64,000 bases of DNA from an uncultured Christensenella sp. (GCA_949285605.1 CASDZI010000003.1:42586-106585); one strand, 5' to 3'. Counted from the stretch's first letter, positions 26,916 through 37,657 are shown. Made by a program: numbers and translations. Notes: generated by a model not told the origin, from the letters alone.

Positions 26916-27986
26916 TTATTTATTCTCCGCTTCGAATTTTTTCATAAAGGCTATGAGTTTTTCCACGCCTTCCACCGGCATTGCGTTGTAAATGGAAGCT
27001 CTCATACCGCCTACCAGTTTGTGCCCTTTCAGCGTGACAAGCCCGTTCGCTTCGGCTTCTTTTATGAATTTTGCGTCCATTTCCTTGCTCGGAGTGACGA
27101 ACGGCACGTTCATTATGGAACGGTCGGCGGGATTGACCGAGTTGGTGAACAAAGAGGAATTGTCGATAAAATCGTAAAGTAATTTCGCTTTGTACTCGTT
27201 GATCTCCTGTATGGCTTTCACGCCGCCCAGTTTCTTCAACCAACGGAAAGTGAGCATAGCCATGTAAGTGGCGAAAGTGCAGGGCGTGTTGTAAAGGCTG
27301 TTGGCTTCGGCCTGAGTGCTGTATTTGAGCATGGTCGGGCAGAACGGAAGCGGAGAACCTATTACGTCCTTCTTGACGATGACCAGAGTAAGTCCGCTGG
27401 GTCCGATGTTCTTCTGCGCTCCGGCATAGATAAGATCGAACTTATTGACGTCCATGACTTCGCTCATTATGTTACTGCTCATATCGGCTACAAGGTGCGG
27501 CACGTTCGGAAGTTTGGTGTATCTCGTTCCGAAAATGGTATTGTTGGTGGTGATATGCACATAGTCGGTGCCTTCGCGGAATTCTATCTTGTCCACGTCG
27601 GGGATATAGGTGTAATTGGCTTCCTTGCTGCTGGCGACGCAGGCGATATCGCCGTATTTGCAGGCTTCTTTGAAAGCTTTGTTTGCAAAATTACCCGTTA
27701 CGATATAGTCGGCCTTTCCTTTCACGAGGAGGTTCAACGGCACCGCTTCGAACTGGGTGGACGCACCGCCCTGGAGGAACAATACATAATAATCGTCGCT
27801 TATCCCCATGAGTTCTCGGATAAGGCTCTGGGCTTCCTCGTGGATCTCGTCGTACCACTTGGAACGGTGACTCATTTCCACCACGCTCATTCCGCTCCCG
27901 TTATAATCGAGAAAATCTCTCTGAACCGCTAATTTTGCTTCTTCCGGCAACATGGAAGGCCCGGCGCTGAAATTGTAAACTTTCAT
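26916..27986 (-). CDS. serC: Phosphoserine aminotransferase
   Basis: MKVYNFSAGPSMLPEE N-terminus, GGASTQF and YAGAQKNIGPSGLT (PLP lysine) are present in a 356-aa protein. Confidence 0.92.
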   Translation of the reverse strand: MKVYNFSAGPSMLPEEAKLAVQRDFLDYNGSGMSVVEMSHRSKWYDEIHEEAQSLIRELMGISDDYYVLFLQGGASTQFEAVPLNLLVKGKADYIVTGNFANKAFKEACKYGDIACVASSKEANYTYIPDVDKIEFREGTDYVHITTNNTIFGTRYTKLPNVPHLVADMSSNIMSEVMDVNKFDLIYAGAQKNIGPSGLTLVIVKKDVIGSPLPFCPTMLKYSTQAEANSLYNTPCTFATYMAMLTFRWLKKLGGVKAIQEINEYKAKLLYDFIDNSSLFTNSVNPADRSIMNVPFVTPSKEMDAKFIKEAEANGLVTLKGHKLVGGMRASIYNAMPVEGVEKLIAFMKKFEAENK

Positions 27987-28033
27987 ATTTATGCTCCTTT
28001 TTTATTTTTATAAATATTTAATATATTTTAACA

Positions 28034-28954
28034 TTAAAAATCTATCAAGTCAATTACGGAAATCAATTCCGTCATATCGGAAGCACGGAAGACCGCTTCT
28101 TTTATCTCCTTATGTCCCCTGCGTCCTTTTATGTAAAAAGCGATTTGCTTTTTCATACAATTCGCCACCGTCCTTTCGGGCAGAAAAGACAACAGGGAAA
28201 TATGTTCCAAAATGGTTTCTTTTACGTTAAAATCATACTCTTCGCCCCGAATTGCGGCAAAAACATAAGGACGCCCGAAAGCTCCCCTCGCTATGCTGAC
28301 GTAATCGACGCCCGTCGTTTCCTTCATTTTAAGGTAACTTTCTCTGTCGGTGACGTCGCCGTTGCCGCAGACGGGAATTTTTACGGCTTGTTTCACTTTT
28401 CCGATAATGCCGTAATCGACTTTCCCGGAGTAATACTTATCCCTCGTCCTGCCGTGCACGGTGACCATATCGGCGCCGGCTTCCTCGCTTGCAGCGGCGC
28501 ACTCGGGAGCGTTTTCGTATCCCGAATAAAAGCCCGCCCGCATTTTCACCGTAAGGAGCCTGTCTCCCGCCGCTTTTTTCGCTTCCTTTACTATGCGGAA
28601 GATCCTGTCGGGGTCTTTCATCAATGCGCTTCCTTCGCCGTTATTGACTATCTTAGGCACGGGACACCCCATATTTATATCGATGACGGGAAACTTTTGC
28701 AACCGCTCGTCTTTTATCGCCTCGGCTAAAATCTCGGGTTCGCTTCCGAAAAGCTGTACGCCGGTATTTTTTTCTTCGGGGGAAAGCGTCAACAACGCCT
28801 CGGTGTTGGCGTTGTTGTATAAAAGTCCCTTTGCGCTGACCATTTCGGTAAAACAAAGTCCCGCCCCGTAACGGGTGCAAAGGGTCCGCATGCCTGCGTC
28901 GGTATATCCTGCGCAGGGAGCTAAAATAAGGTCGGTGCCGTTATACGTTATCAT
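28034..28954 (-). CDS. dusB: tRNA-dihydrouridine synthase
   Basis: LAPCAGYTDAGMR, DINMGCPVPKI (catalytic Cys) and TVHGRTR motifs are present. Confidence 0.8.
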   Translation of the reverse strand: MITYNGTDLILAPCAGYTDAGMRTLCTRYGAGLCFTEMVSAKGLLYNNANTEALLTLSPEEKNTGVQLFGSEPEILAEAIKDERLQKFPVIDINMGCPVPKIVNNGEGSALMKDPDRIFRIVKEAKKAAGDRLLTVKMRAGFYSGYENAPECAAASEEAGADMVTVHGRTRDKYYSGKVDYGIIGKVKQAVKIPVCGNGDVTDRESYLKMKETTGVDYVSIARGAFGRPYVFAAIRGEEYDFNVKETILEHISLLSFLPERTVANCMKKQIAFYIKGRRGHKEIKEAVFRASDMTELISVIDLIDF

Positions 28955-29949
28955 TCCTGCGTTTTGGCTTCGTTATAGTACTTTTCCATCTCTTCGAGGG
29001 TAAGCTCTTCCACCTTTCTTCCCTCTTTTTCCGCTCCTTCGATGACGTACTTAAAACGCTTGATAAACTTATTTACGGTACCCGTAAGAGCGACTTCGGG
29101 GTCTATATCTGTCATTCTAAGAACATTAACTACGGAAAAAAGCAGGTCTCCGGCTTCCTTTTCCTTGTCCTCTCCGTCGGCACGGACAAACTCTTCCGCT
29201 TCCTCGTAAAGCTTCTTCACGGCCTCGTTTACGTCGGGGAAATCGAACCCGGTCTTTTTGATTATCTTCTGCACCTTGTTGGCTCTCATAAGGGCGTTGA
29301 AGGACTCGGGGACGGAATTTATCTTGTCCTCGACGGAGGTGTAATGCTTTTCTTTCGCTTTGGCTTTTTCCCAGTAATAAAGCGCTTCGTCGGGATCGAC
29401 GGCTTTATCCGAACCGAAGATATGGGTGTGCCGCCCGATGAGCTTAGCGCAGAGGTCGCTTACCGAATCGTTTATATTAAATCTTCCGTCGCCGTCGGCG
29501 ATGACTGCGGTAAGTATCCCCTGCAAAATGACGTCGCCGGTTTCCTCACGCATCTGGGCGGTATTCATATTGTCCACGGCTTCGACGAGTTCGTAGGCTT
29601 CTTCTATAATGTTTTTCCTTATCGACTTATTGGTCTGAGCCCTGTCCCACGGGCACCCGTCGGGGTCTCGGAGGCGGTATATGACTTCCACCAGATCCCC
29701 AAAGGAATATCTGTCCTTTTCAAAAAGAGGCTTCGGTCTGACCACTATGTAATCCTTCCCTTCGGTGAGAAGGGCGTTCCCGAAATATTCCTTTATTTTT
29801 GCCTTCACTTCGGGGAAAGAGGTTATGCCGTAAATTACCGTTTCTATCCCGGTGTCGAAATTGTTGCTCGCCCGTTTCAGAAAGGTTTCCGCCGTATAAA
29901 ACGCAGCGTCTCCGCTCAAAGAAAGTTCGTCGAAAGGTAATGTTTTCAT
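28951..29949 (-). CDS. mazG: Nucleoside triphosphate pyrophosphohydrolase MazG (YabN-like, tandem MazG domains, short N-terminal remnant)
   Basis: CPWDRAQT...EEAYELVEA...REETGDVIL and a second EEAEEF...EKEAGDLLFSVVN EExxE/D motif are present. The gene sits next to the MOP flippase and spoVT, as in the Bacillus spoVT-yabM-yabN arrangement. Confidence 0.85.
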   Translation of the reverse strand: MKTLPFDELSLSGDAAFYTAETFLKRASNNFDTGIETVIYGITSFPEVKAKIKEYFGNALLTEGKDYIVVRPKPLFEKDRYSFGDLVEVIYRLRDPDGCPWDRAQTNKSIRKNIIEEAYELVEAVDNMNTAQMREETGDVILQGILTAVIADGDGRFNINDSVSDLCAKLIGRHTHIFGSDKAVDPDEALYYWEKAKAKEKHYTSVEDKINSVPESFNALMRANKVQKIIKKTGFDFPDVNEAVKKLYEEAEEFVRADGEDKEKEAGDLLFSVVNVLRMTDIDPEVALTGTVNKFIKRFKYVIEGAEKEGRKVEELTLEEMEKYYNEAKTQE

Positions 29950-31520
29950 TGTTTTACTCCGTTTCCGTTTATTTTTTCATCGATTTTTACCAGATATTTC
30001 CCGAGCGGCATACTTTCCAGTTCCGACGGCGTGAAAACTTTAAGCACCAAAAGCCCTATAACGTAGACAGCCATACTCGCCGCCCCTACCGCAATTACGC
30101 CTGCGGTGGTGGATTGCAATTTGTCGCTCATAAAAATTATCATACCCATTATAACACCGCACAAAGTTATTAAGCTACTGTTTTTAGCAAGGAGAGGAGT
30201 TTTTCTGACGTAGCGGAAAAAATACGCCATAATCGTCACTCCCGCCGCAAGATACCCGACCGAAGCGCTTATCGCTGCCCCGACTATACCGGTCAACGGC
30301 ACCATAATTGCCGAGAGGACGGTTTTCACTATCATACAGAAACTCATTATTTTTACGGGAATTACGGTTTTGCCCAGTCCCTGAAGCATAGCCGAATAGA
30401 TCTGAAACAGACTCAGTCCCAACACGCTCAAAGCGGTGATCTGCAGAAGTTTTCCCGCAAGAGCGAGTTTTTCCGCCCCCAATGACGGAAAAAACAATCC
30501 CACTATCCCCTCCGCCATAAAAACGAACAAAAATACGAAAGGTACCCCCAATACGAAGGTAAGCTTGGTCGCCGTGGCGCACTTGTCCATTATGAAATCC
30601 ACGTCCCTTTTTTCCCTGCCTTCCACCATCTGAGGGGTTATCGCTATCCCTAAACTGATACAGACCATTACGGGAAGATTGATGAGCGGACTGACCGCAC
30701 CGCTGAAAACGCCGTAGCTTGCCGTTGCCGATTCCAGGTTCTGACCGCCCAGTTTGAGCAGGTTGACTAAAATTATGCTGTCGATAAACTGACTCAACGG
30801 AAGTATCATTCCGCAGACCACGAGCGGAGCGGCGAGGTGTGCCAGTTCCCTGACCGATTTACCGTTTTCTTTTAGCGAAACCTTTACGAAACCTTCCTTG
30901 TCTTTTTTGATGAAAGTAAACAAAAGTATGATAAGAGTAACCAGTTCGCTTGCCACCACTCCCGCCAAAGCTCCCGCCACCGCATAAGATATGCCGTAGG
31001 GTAAAAGAAGTTTTGCCAAAGTAATCCCCACCCCGAGTTTGACTATGCCTTCGGTTATCTGGCTTATCGACCCCGGCACCATATCCTTGTGCCCCATAAA
31101 CCAACCTCGGAAAACCGAAATGAGCGTTACTATCAATACTGCCGGAGCGATGGTAATATACCCTGCGAGAGCTTCTCTCGATTGAAGCAGAGAAAGCGGA
31201 TAAGCCGCCGCAGCCAAAACAAGCGTACCCGAAAGTCCTACGAGGAAACAGACCTTTAACGCCACCGAAAAGAACTTTTTGGCTTCGGTCTCTTCCCCTC
31301 TCGCCAGATATTTGCTTACGGTTATGGATATAGCCGTAGGCACCGCTCCGCTGGACAAAGTCAAAAGCAACGCAAAGACGGGGTAAACGAACTGATACAG
31401 CCCCATTCCCTCGGCGCCGACTATGTTGGCGAGCGGAATACGGTACGCCGCCCCCAGCACTTTGGCAAAAATAACGCTCAGGGCGAGTATCCCCGCCCCT
31501 GCAAGAAAGGTTTTTTTCAT
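29946..31520 (-). CDS. MOP-superfamily flippase (polysaccharide biosynthesis protein, SpoVB/YabM-like)
   Basis: This 524-aa protein has about 14 TM segments. It has the MKKTFLAGAGILALSVIFAKVLGAAYRIPLANIVGAEGMGLYQ N-terminus typical of this family, and the gene sits between spoVT and mazG. Confidence 0.8.
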   Translation of the reverse strand: MKKTFLAGAGILALSVIFAKVLGAAYRIPLANIVGAEGMGLYQFVYPVFALLLTLSSGAVPTAISITVSKYLARGEETEAKKFFSVALKVCFLVGLSGTLVLAAAAYPLSLLQSREALAGYITIAPAVLIVTLISVFRGWFMGHKDMVPGSISQITEGIVKLGVGITLAKLLLPYGISYAVAGALAGVVASELVTLIILLFTFIKKDKEGFVKVSLKENGKSVRELAHLAAPLVVCGMILPLSQFIDSIILVNLLKLGGQNLESATASYGVFSGAVSPLINLPVMVCISLGIAITPQMVEGREKRDVDFIMDKCATATKLTFVLGVPFVFLFVFMAEGIVGLFFPSLGAEKLALAGKLLQITALSVLGLSLFQIYSAMLQGLGKTVIPVKIMSFCMIVKTVLSAIMVPLTGIVGAAISASVGYLAAGVTIMAYFFRYVRKTPLLAKNSSLITLCGVIMGMIIFMSDKLQSTTAGVIAVGAASMAVYVIGLLVLKVFTPSELESMPLGKYLVKIDEKINGNGVKQ

Positions 31521-31523
31521 TTA

Positions 31524-32048
31524 TTACCCTATCTGTTTTGCCAAAAAGCCTGCCGCCACTTCCACGAGTTTGAGAGATGATTCTCCTACGGGCGTTTTTC
31601 CGAGCAACATTATCCCGCCCATCACGTCGCCGTTTACTATGAGAGGCGCTATCGCCATATCTTTATAATTTATCCCTTCGTTAGCCACGCTGAAAACTTC
31701 GTCGGAACGGAGATAGGAAGCTTTTCTTGCGTTGAGGAAGTTCTCCAACGCTTTGCTTATTCTTTTCCCTTCGTAAACGCTTTTGTCGGTGGCGCAGGAA
31801 ATGAATATATCGTTGTCACATACCAGGCAGTTATGACCGGTATGTTTGTACAAAATTTCGGCGTATTCGGCGCTGAACTCGCCGAGAGCCTTTAATGCCG
31901 AATATTTTTTCAAAACGAGCGTGTCGTCCGGGGCGACGAAAACTTCCATTTCCTCCCCTTCCTTGATGTGCATGGTACGTCGTAATTCCTTGGGAATGAC
32001 CACTCTGCCCAGTTCGTCTATTCTTCTAACAATTCCTGTCGTTTTCAT
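31524..32048 (-). CDS. spoVT: Stage V sporulation protein T (AbrB-family regulator with GAF-like C-domain)
   Basis: MKTTGIVRRIDELGRVVIPKELRRTMHIKEGEEMEVF is the SpoVT/AbrB swapped-hairpin N-terminus. The start is set at ATG 32048, so the ORF-track start at 32465 is an upstream extension overlapping the comEC-like gene. Confidence 0.9.
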   Translation of the reverse strand: MKTTGIVRRIDELGRVVIPKELRRTMHIKEGEEMEVFVAPDDTLVLKKYSALKALGEFSAEYAEILYKHTGHNCLVCDNDIFISCATDKSVYEGKRISKALENFLNARKASYLRSDEVFSVANEGINYKDMAIAPLIVNGDVMGGIMLLGKTPVGESSLKLVEVAAGFLAKQIG

Positions 32049-32101
32049 ATTTTCCCTCCGAAAATAAGGTGTGAAAAGAGAGGAAAAATATTCCTTGAGC
32101 T

Positions 32102-33583
32102 TCAGATGAGCAAAACGGTAACCAAAGAAATAAGGGAAGATGCCGAAACGATACCGCTTTTTACATAATTCGGATATTTTACCAAACGGCACGAAACCAC
32201 CGCCGCAAAGATATAAAACGCCGTCAGCACCCCTAAGCTCTGCACGTTCAGGACGGCGTACGGCAAGGAATAGAGTGCCTTGCTCAAGACCCTTACCGTC
32301 ATTAAAGGAAATTGCGACGGATAATACAAAAATCCCGCAAAGGGAAATATTACGGTGACGAGAGCGGCTGCGGTGAGCATGGTGTAAGCTACTGTCACGA
32401 GGGGCAATATCAGAAGATTGCTGACGATCATATAAACGGCGAAGGTATTGAATACGTTGACGCAAACGGGCAGCAGGAACACGTTTGCACTCACCGTCAA
32501 AGCCGACGCTTGCGAAAGTTTTCTCCGAACGGGAGACGTCGTCTTCCCTGCGAGAAAAGAATAAATCGGTTTATAGTAAAGTATTATCCCCGCCACCGCC
32601 GAAACGCTCATTATAAACCCTATATCGAACAGTTCGACAGGATTGGTGACGAGAATAACGAAACAAGCCGCCGCAAGGGTGGTTACATTATCGCTTTTTC
32701 TTCGAAATAACGGCGCCGCCATATAAAGAAGGCTCATTATAGCGGCTCTTTTTATCCCTGCGGGAAAACCCGTCGCAAAACCGTAAAACAATAAAAACAC
32801 CGCACTGAACACAAGGGTGGGAAAGGGGCGGAGTTTCAATAATTTCGCAATGAACAGGACTATTCCCATCAGAAAACCGACATGCAGACCGCTTACCGCA
32901 AAAACGTGGCTCATCCCGATACCTCTCACCGTTTCGCTGTCTTCCGCGGTAAGACCTCCCTTGTCGCCGAGCACCAGAGCGGCGCCTATCCCGGCGTCCT
33001 CCGCCGACATATATTTATACATCGGGTCGGTAATTCTCTTTTTTACTTTTTCCAAAAAGGTGAATTTCCTTTCCCCGAAAACCATTTCACTTTCGGGAGC
33101 GATTTCGTAAAATATCCCGTCGTTGAAAGCCGACGCCGAATAAGTGTCGAAAAAATCGATTTCGAGGGTGGATACCCTCCCTGTAAATTTAAGCTTTCTG
33201 CCTTCTTCGGCTTCGCCGTAATAGTAGACTCGGGCTTTTCCTTTATACTCTTTCCCGTCCAGAACCAGACTGTCCGCCAGGAAATATCCCTCCCGTACCG
33301 AAAGCACCCTCGCTTCCACCTCGTACTCCCCTTCCGCTTCGCCTCCGAAAGAAAGCGCAAAGTCAAGGTTAAAAATCGCCGTGCCGAAGGCAAAAGCTAT
33401 ACAGATTGCCGCAAGGAGAGACCTTTTGAACCCGAAAAGCAAAATTAAACCGACTGCGGCGATCGCAGTCGGCAAAATAACGGTGAGTAAAAGATTGCCC
33501 CAAGCCAGTCCGCCTGCAAAAATCCCCGTCATCAACGCTAAAGTGACGAAGAGCAAGGGACGACGGTTGACGGGCGGTTTCAT
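32102..33583 (-). CDS. ComEC/Rec2-family membrane protein (no C-terminal metallo-beta-lactamase domain)
   Basis: It has a DUF4131-like N-terminal TM plus OB region, then the competence-domain signature GIGMSHVFAVSGLHVGFL. The product is 493 aa and ends within the membrane domain. Confidence 0.75.
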   Translation of the reverse strand: MKPPVNRRPLLFVTLALMTGIFAGGLAWGNLLLTVILPTAIAAVGLILLFGFKRSLLAAICIAFAFGTAIFNLDFALSFGGEAEGEYEVEARVLSVREGYFLADSLVLDGKEYKGKARVYYYGEAEEGRKLKFTGRVSTLEIDFFDTYSASAFNDGIFYEIAPESEMVFGERKFTFLEKVKKRITDPMYKYMSAEDAGIGAALVLGDKGGLTAEDSETVRGIGMSHVFAVSGLHVGFLMGIVLFIAKLLKLRPFPTLVFSAVFLLFYGFATGFPAGIKRAAIMSLLYMAAPLFRRKSDNVTTLAAACFVILVTNPVELFDIGFIMSVSAVAGIILYYKPIYSFLAGKTTSPVRRKLSQASALTVSANVFLLPVCVNVFNTFAVYMIVSNLLILPLVTVAYTMLTAAALVTVIFPFAGFLYYPSQFPLMTVRVLSKALYSLPYAVLNVQSLGVLTAFYIFAAVVSCRLVKYPNYVKSGIVSASSLISLVTVLLI

Positions 33584-33586
33584 TTC

Positions 33587-34123
33587 TTATCTGCCGGGCA
33601 GGAATTTATTGTTGTACGCCTTTATAGAACGGACAATGGTATCTATAGCCGCCTGTTTACTGGAAATTTCTATTCCTGCGGTACGTTTGTCTTCAAGTTC
33701 TTTATATACGGTAAAGAAATGGCAGATTTCTTCCATAACGTGGGAAGGCAACTGTTCTATATCGGTATAACTGTTGTAACTGGGATCCTTAAAGGGAATT
33801 GCAATTATTTTTTCATCAGCGTAGCCGTCGTCAACCATTTTTATCATACCGATGGGATAGCAGCGGCAGATAGCCATAGGTTTGATTTCTTCTGCGCAGA
33901 GAACCAATACGTCCAACGGGTCGTTGTCCTCGCTGTAAGTACGGGGAATAAATCCGTAGTTTGCCGGATAGTGCGTGGAAGTGTAAAGTACTCTGTCGAG
34001 TATCAGAAGTCCGCTCTGTTTGTCGAGTTCGTACTTATTCTTGCTGCCCTTTGAAATTTCGATAACGGTCAAAAAATCTTCGGGTTGAATTCTTTCGGGG
34101 TTGATATCGTGCCAGACGTTCAT
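33587..34123 (-). CDS. ppa: Inorganic pyrophosphatase (family I)
   Basis: IEISKGSKNKYELD, YPANYGFIP and DNDPLDVLVL motifs are present. Confidence 0.92.
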   Translation of the reverse strand: MNVWHDINPERIQPEDFLTVIEISKGSKNKYELDKQSGLLILDRVLYTSTHYPANYGFIPRTYSEDNDPLDVLVLCAEEIKPMAICRCYPIGMIKMVDDGYADEKIIAIPFKDPSYNSYTDIEQLPSHVMEEICHFFTVYKELEDKRTAGIEISSKQAAIDTIVRSIKAYNNKFLPGR

Positions 34124-34135
34124 TATGTATCCTCC

Positions 34136-34852
34136 TTACATCGTTGCGATAAAACTTGCTATACAGATTTGCGCGGCGTAGTACAGCGCATGATTGATTA
34201 TACAAAGGGTCTTGTCCTTCGCCCTGCCGCCGAAATACATACTCGTAAGCACCACGTCGGATAACAGGAACAAAATCATTCCTATGGTAAAAGTCAACAT
34301 TCTCGTGGACTTCATGGTTATGCACAGCCCCGCCGAAAGAGCCGTCATGAATATCAGGCAGAAAGCATAAACGACGGAATGAATGACGAATTTCCCGAAC
34401 TTAAAGCCCATAAATTTTTCTCCGCCGAACACCATTGCGCAGGCTACGACGGCGGCTACGGCTACGCAGATACCCACCAGCGGGAGACTGACCGTCTTGC
34501 CGAGCAACAGACAAACCGCCACGAGGTACATAACGTGCCCCAGTCCGAAGGAAACCATACCTCCCGTAAGATAAACGCCTTCTTCGGGCTGTTTGAGATA
34601 GACCACTTTAAGGTCGAGCACCATGTCCCCTATCAGTCCGAAAACAAGTCCGCAAATAACGAACATCGCCGCTTTGATATTCTCCACGCCGAGACAGATT
34701 GCGGTGACGCCCACGGCGATAAACCCTACGCTTGCCAAAGTCTTGACAAACATAGCGATAACGCCTCCCGTCGTGCTTTTTTCGGCAAGGGTTACCCTCA
34801 CTCCCATAAACACTACGGCAAGCACGCATGAAACGATAATCGCTATTACCAT
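34136..34852 (-). CDS. YhhN-family membrane protein (lysoplasmalogenase-like)
   Basis: This 238-aa protein has about 8 TM segments, with GLIGDMVL and LLSDVVL Asp-containing motifs reminiscent of YhhN/TMEM86. The assignment is by pattern only. Confidence 0.5.
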   Translation of the reverse strand: MVIAIIVSCVLAVVFMGVRVTLAEKSTTGGVIAMFVKTLASVGFIAVGVTAICLGVENIKAAMFVICGLVFGLIGDMVLDLKVVYLKQPEEGVYLTGGMVSFGLGHVMYLVAVCLLLGKTVSLPLVGICVAVAAVVACAMVFGGEKFMGFKFGKFVIHSVVYAFCLIFMTALSAGLCITMKSTRMLTFTIGMILFLLSDVVLTSMYFGGRAKDKTLCIINHALYYAAQICIASFIATM

Positions 34853-34936
34853 AATATATTTTTCTCCTGAAAAATTAAAATTCCGTTCTGATAAATTATT
34901 TTACCATTATTTGACGATGATGTAAATAGCTTTTGT

Positions 34937-36523
34937 TTACGATTTATCCCGTCCTTCCTCGTAATAACGGTAATCCGCCTTTCCCATGGCGTTGGTACGG
35001 AGCTTATCCGTTCTTTCTATGACCCTCGGGACGGCGTAAGGCATGAGCTTTTTGCCGATATAATTTTTCAACCCCTCTTCGAAACCGACGTCCGGTCTGC
35101 CTTCGGTCTCCACGACGAGCTTTACGGCGGGCTTGCCGGCGTAAACTATTCTGACGGCGCAAGCGTTCCTGACGTCGGGATATTTTACCGCGGCTTCCTC
35201 TATTTCCTGCGGAAATACGTTGACTCCGCCTATTTTTATTATTCTTTTTATCCTTTCCCTGTAATACAGACAGCCGTCGGCGTCGAGATGACCTATATCC
35301 CCCGACGCAAGCCAGGTTTCCCCGTCCGAATAAACGAATCCGCTCTCCACGCCGTCCAGATACCCTTTCATGACCGAAGGACTGGAAACGTAAATTTCTC
35401 CGTTTTCGCCCGGCGGACATTCTTTCCCGTCAGAACTCATTATGCGGAAACGCACTTTGCTTATCGGTCTGCCGAGGGAGCCGTTAGACGGGTCGAAAGT
35501 GTTGATGCTCGCCACGCTCGCCACTTCGCTCAAACCGTAACCCTCCATAACAGGCGTTAAACAACCGCTTTCCCTCAGTCTGTTTTCGAAATTTCTCTTC
35601 ACCTCGGGATCGAGTCGGTCGCCGCCGCAGAAGACCATTTTGACGTTTTTCAAAAACTCCCCTCGGAAACTTTTTTCCAAAACGAGTTTCCGAAACATTC
35701 CCGGTACTCCCGGAATGACGTTCACCGGTTCTTTTTTCATCAGGCGGACGGTGTTTTTTGCGTTAAACAAAGGCAGAGCCAGCATCCGCCCCTTCCACAA
35801 CGCAAGATGAACGCATATCCCCAGCCCGAAACCGTGAAAAAGAGGCAGTATCATCAGTACGCTTATCCTGTCGTCTATCTCGCAGACGTCCTTTACCGTG
35901 TCGAATACGTTGACGGCGAGTTCGTTGAACGCAAAAGAGGACAAAACCACCGTTTTCGGCGCCCCCGTGGTGCCGCTGGAATGAAGATAGACCGCCGCCT
36001 CCGACCCGTCGGAAGGAACTTCGGCCGCCGAAAGATTTTTCCTCAAAACCGTTTCATACGAAAAAATATTCTTCTTGCAGATGACAGGCTCGGTAATGCG
36101 GAATAACTTTTTATACGACGGTAAATAATCGCTCAGACGGCAATACACTATCGGAATCTTGCTTTCGCCTTTGCCGATATTTTTCTTCAGGAACCTGTCG
36201 AAAAGAAACAACGCCTTAGTGTCGGTACGGATGACGGTATCCCTTAACGACCCGGCGCCCGTTTTCGGATGCATGACGTTGGCTATCGCCCCTATCTTGT
36301 TGACGGCGTAAAACACTATCGCCGCCTGCGGAATATTGGGCAGACAAATACCTACGCTGTCGCCTTTTTTTATTCCGACGGACGTCAGAAACCCCGCCGT
36401 CTTATCGACGTGCTCGAGAAAAACTTGTGCGTTCAGACGCTTGCCGTAATAATAGATCTTTTCCGCTTTCCCGTCGGCAAAAGCCTCCTTCAGGAATGCG
36501 AACATCGACTTTCGGGTATCCAT
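34937..36523 (-). CDS. AMP-dependent synthetase/ligase (acyl-CoA synthetase family)
   Basis: LHSSGTTGAPKTV (A3 P-loop), EGYGLSE, GDIGHLDADG and IKIGGVNVFPQEIE motifs are present. Confidence 0.85.
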   Translation of the reverse strand: MDTRKSMFAFLKEAFADGKAEKIYYYGKRLNAQVFLEHVDKTAGFLTSVGIKKGDSVGICLPNIPQAAIVFYAVNKIGAIANVMHPKTGAGSLRDTVIRTDTKALFLFDRFLKKNIGKGESKIPIVYCRLSDYLPSYKKLFRITEPVICKKNIFSYETVLRKNLSAAEVPSDGSEAAVYLHSSGTTGAPKTVVLSSFAFNELAVNVFDTVKDVCEIDDRISVLMILPLFHGFGLGICVHLALWKGRMLALPLFNAKNTVRLMKKEPVNVIPGVPGMFRKLVLEKSFRGEFLKNVKMVFCGGDRLDPEVKRNFENRLRESGCLTPVMEGYGLSEVASVASINTFDPSNGSLGRPISKVRFRIMSSDGKECPPGENGEIYVSSPSVMKGYLDGVESGFVYSDGETWLASGDIGHLDADGCLYYRERIKRIIKIGGVNVFPQEIEEAAVKYPDVRNACAVRIVYAGKPAVKLVVETEGRPDVGFEEGLKNYIGKKLMPYAVPRVIERTDKLRTNAMGKADYRYYEEGRDKS

Positions 36524-36561
36524 ATCTTAACCTATTGTAACCTTTAATCGGTAAAATATTC

Positions 36562-37563
36562 TTAAAGCCTTTCCTCTTTTTCCGCAGCTTTTTCTTCCGG
36601 ATCCGACGATTGCGGACACAGGGCGTCTCTTATCTCGTCGGCGCCGCGCCAGTTGTATTTCAGCCACATTTTCTTAAGGATAAAGGAAACGAGGAAAACG
36701 CTCCCCACGCCTATCAGTCCGCCGAAAAGTACGTCGCTTAAATAATGAGCTCTGTTGACTATCCTCGACAAGGCGACGAGGACGGTATAGACTGAAGGAA
36801 GCACATAGAACCATACTTTATATTTGCGGAGAGAAGCGAACAATTCCGGCAGGATAATGACCGCAAAACTTATTCCCGCAGCCGCCGTGTGTCCGCTCGG
36901 GAAAGACTTATACGCTCCGCTGTCGTCCTTTCCTCCGAGTACGTCGGAGTAGAGTGCGTCGGGATCGTGTTTTCCCAGTTGCGGCAGATACCAGGGACTG
37001 AACCCTACCGTATCTCCCCCGAAAGTGTTGCCTGCCTGAAGATTGCGGAAACGCTGTCTCGACCAGATATATTTCAGGACCGTCACAAGAAACTGGCTTA
37101 TTGCAAGACAGGCTAAAATCAGTACGGCAAAAACCACCAGTTTTTCCATAGTTTCCTTTTTGGCGTTGCGTGTGGCAGCCAAAGCAAGTCCTGCACCTAC
37201 CACGCCGAAAACCGCCATATAGAGGTAGCTCCATTTCAGTTCCACGAACATTTCGTCCATAATGAACGCCGCAAACCACGAAAACGCCACGAGTACGCAG
37301 ATAAATAAAGCGGGTTTCAGAAATTTATAGAATTTATTCTGCTTGCCTACCGCACGGTAAAGTATGACGCAGGCTATGCACATTCCCGCATAGGCGGGCG
37401 TTTCGCCCAGGTAATTGAAAAATTGCCCGAACACGCTGTCGGCGTTGCCTATCGCAAGGCTGATTTCCAGATCGTAAAAGGTCGCCACTATCAGAAGCGC
37501 AACGAAACATACGGCTACGCTTATTACGGCGATGAGATTTTTTCTTGTCATCGTTTCCTCCAC
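36562..37563 (-). CDS. PAP2-family phosphatase (membrane)
   Basis: SFPSGHTAAA and SRIVNRAHYLSDV acid-phosphatase motifs are present in a polytopic protein. Confidence 0.85.
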   Translation of the reverse strand: MEETMTRKNLIAVISVAVCFVALLIVATFYDLEISLAIGNADSVFGQFFNYLGETPAYAGMCIACVILYRAVGKQNKFYKFLKPALFICVLVAFSWFAAFIMDEMFVELKWSYLYMAVFGVVGAGLALAATRNAKKETMEKLVVFAVLILACLAISQFLVTVLKYIWSRQRFRNLQAGNTFGGDTVGFSPWYLPQLGKHDPDALYSDVLGGKDDSGAYKSFPSGHTAAAGISFAVIILPELFASLRKYKVWFYVLPSVYTVLVALSRIVNRAHYLSDVLFGGLIGVGSVFLVSFILKKMWLKYNWRGADEIRDALCPQSSDPEEKAAEKEERL

Positions 37564-37657
37564 AGATTTATAGTAGATATTTTACCATATCCGAAACTAA
37601 CTTGCAATAATCGGCAAAAACTCCGTTTTCGGAAAGTTAAGTCGGAATAATTCGGTA

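Noticed and set aside
32049-32465. The 139-aa upstream extension of the SpoVT ORF. The 10274..10357 extension of rnfD is a similar case.
   Set aside because: SpoVT/AbrB proteins begin with MKTTGIVRRID..., which is the internal Met at 32048, and the extension overlaps the ComEC-family gene. rnfD likewise starts at MNVIIS (10358), just after the rnfC stop.
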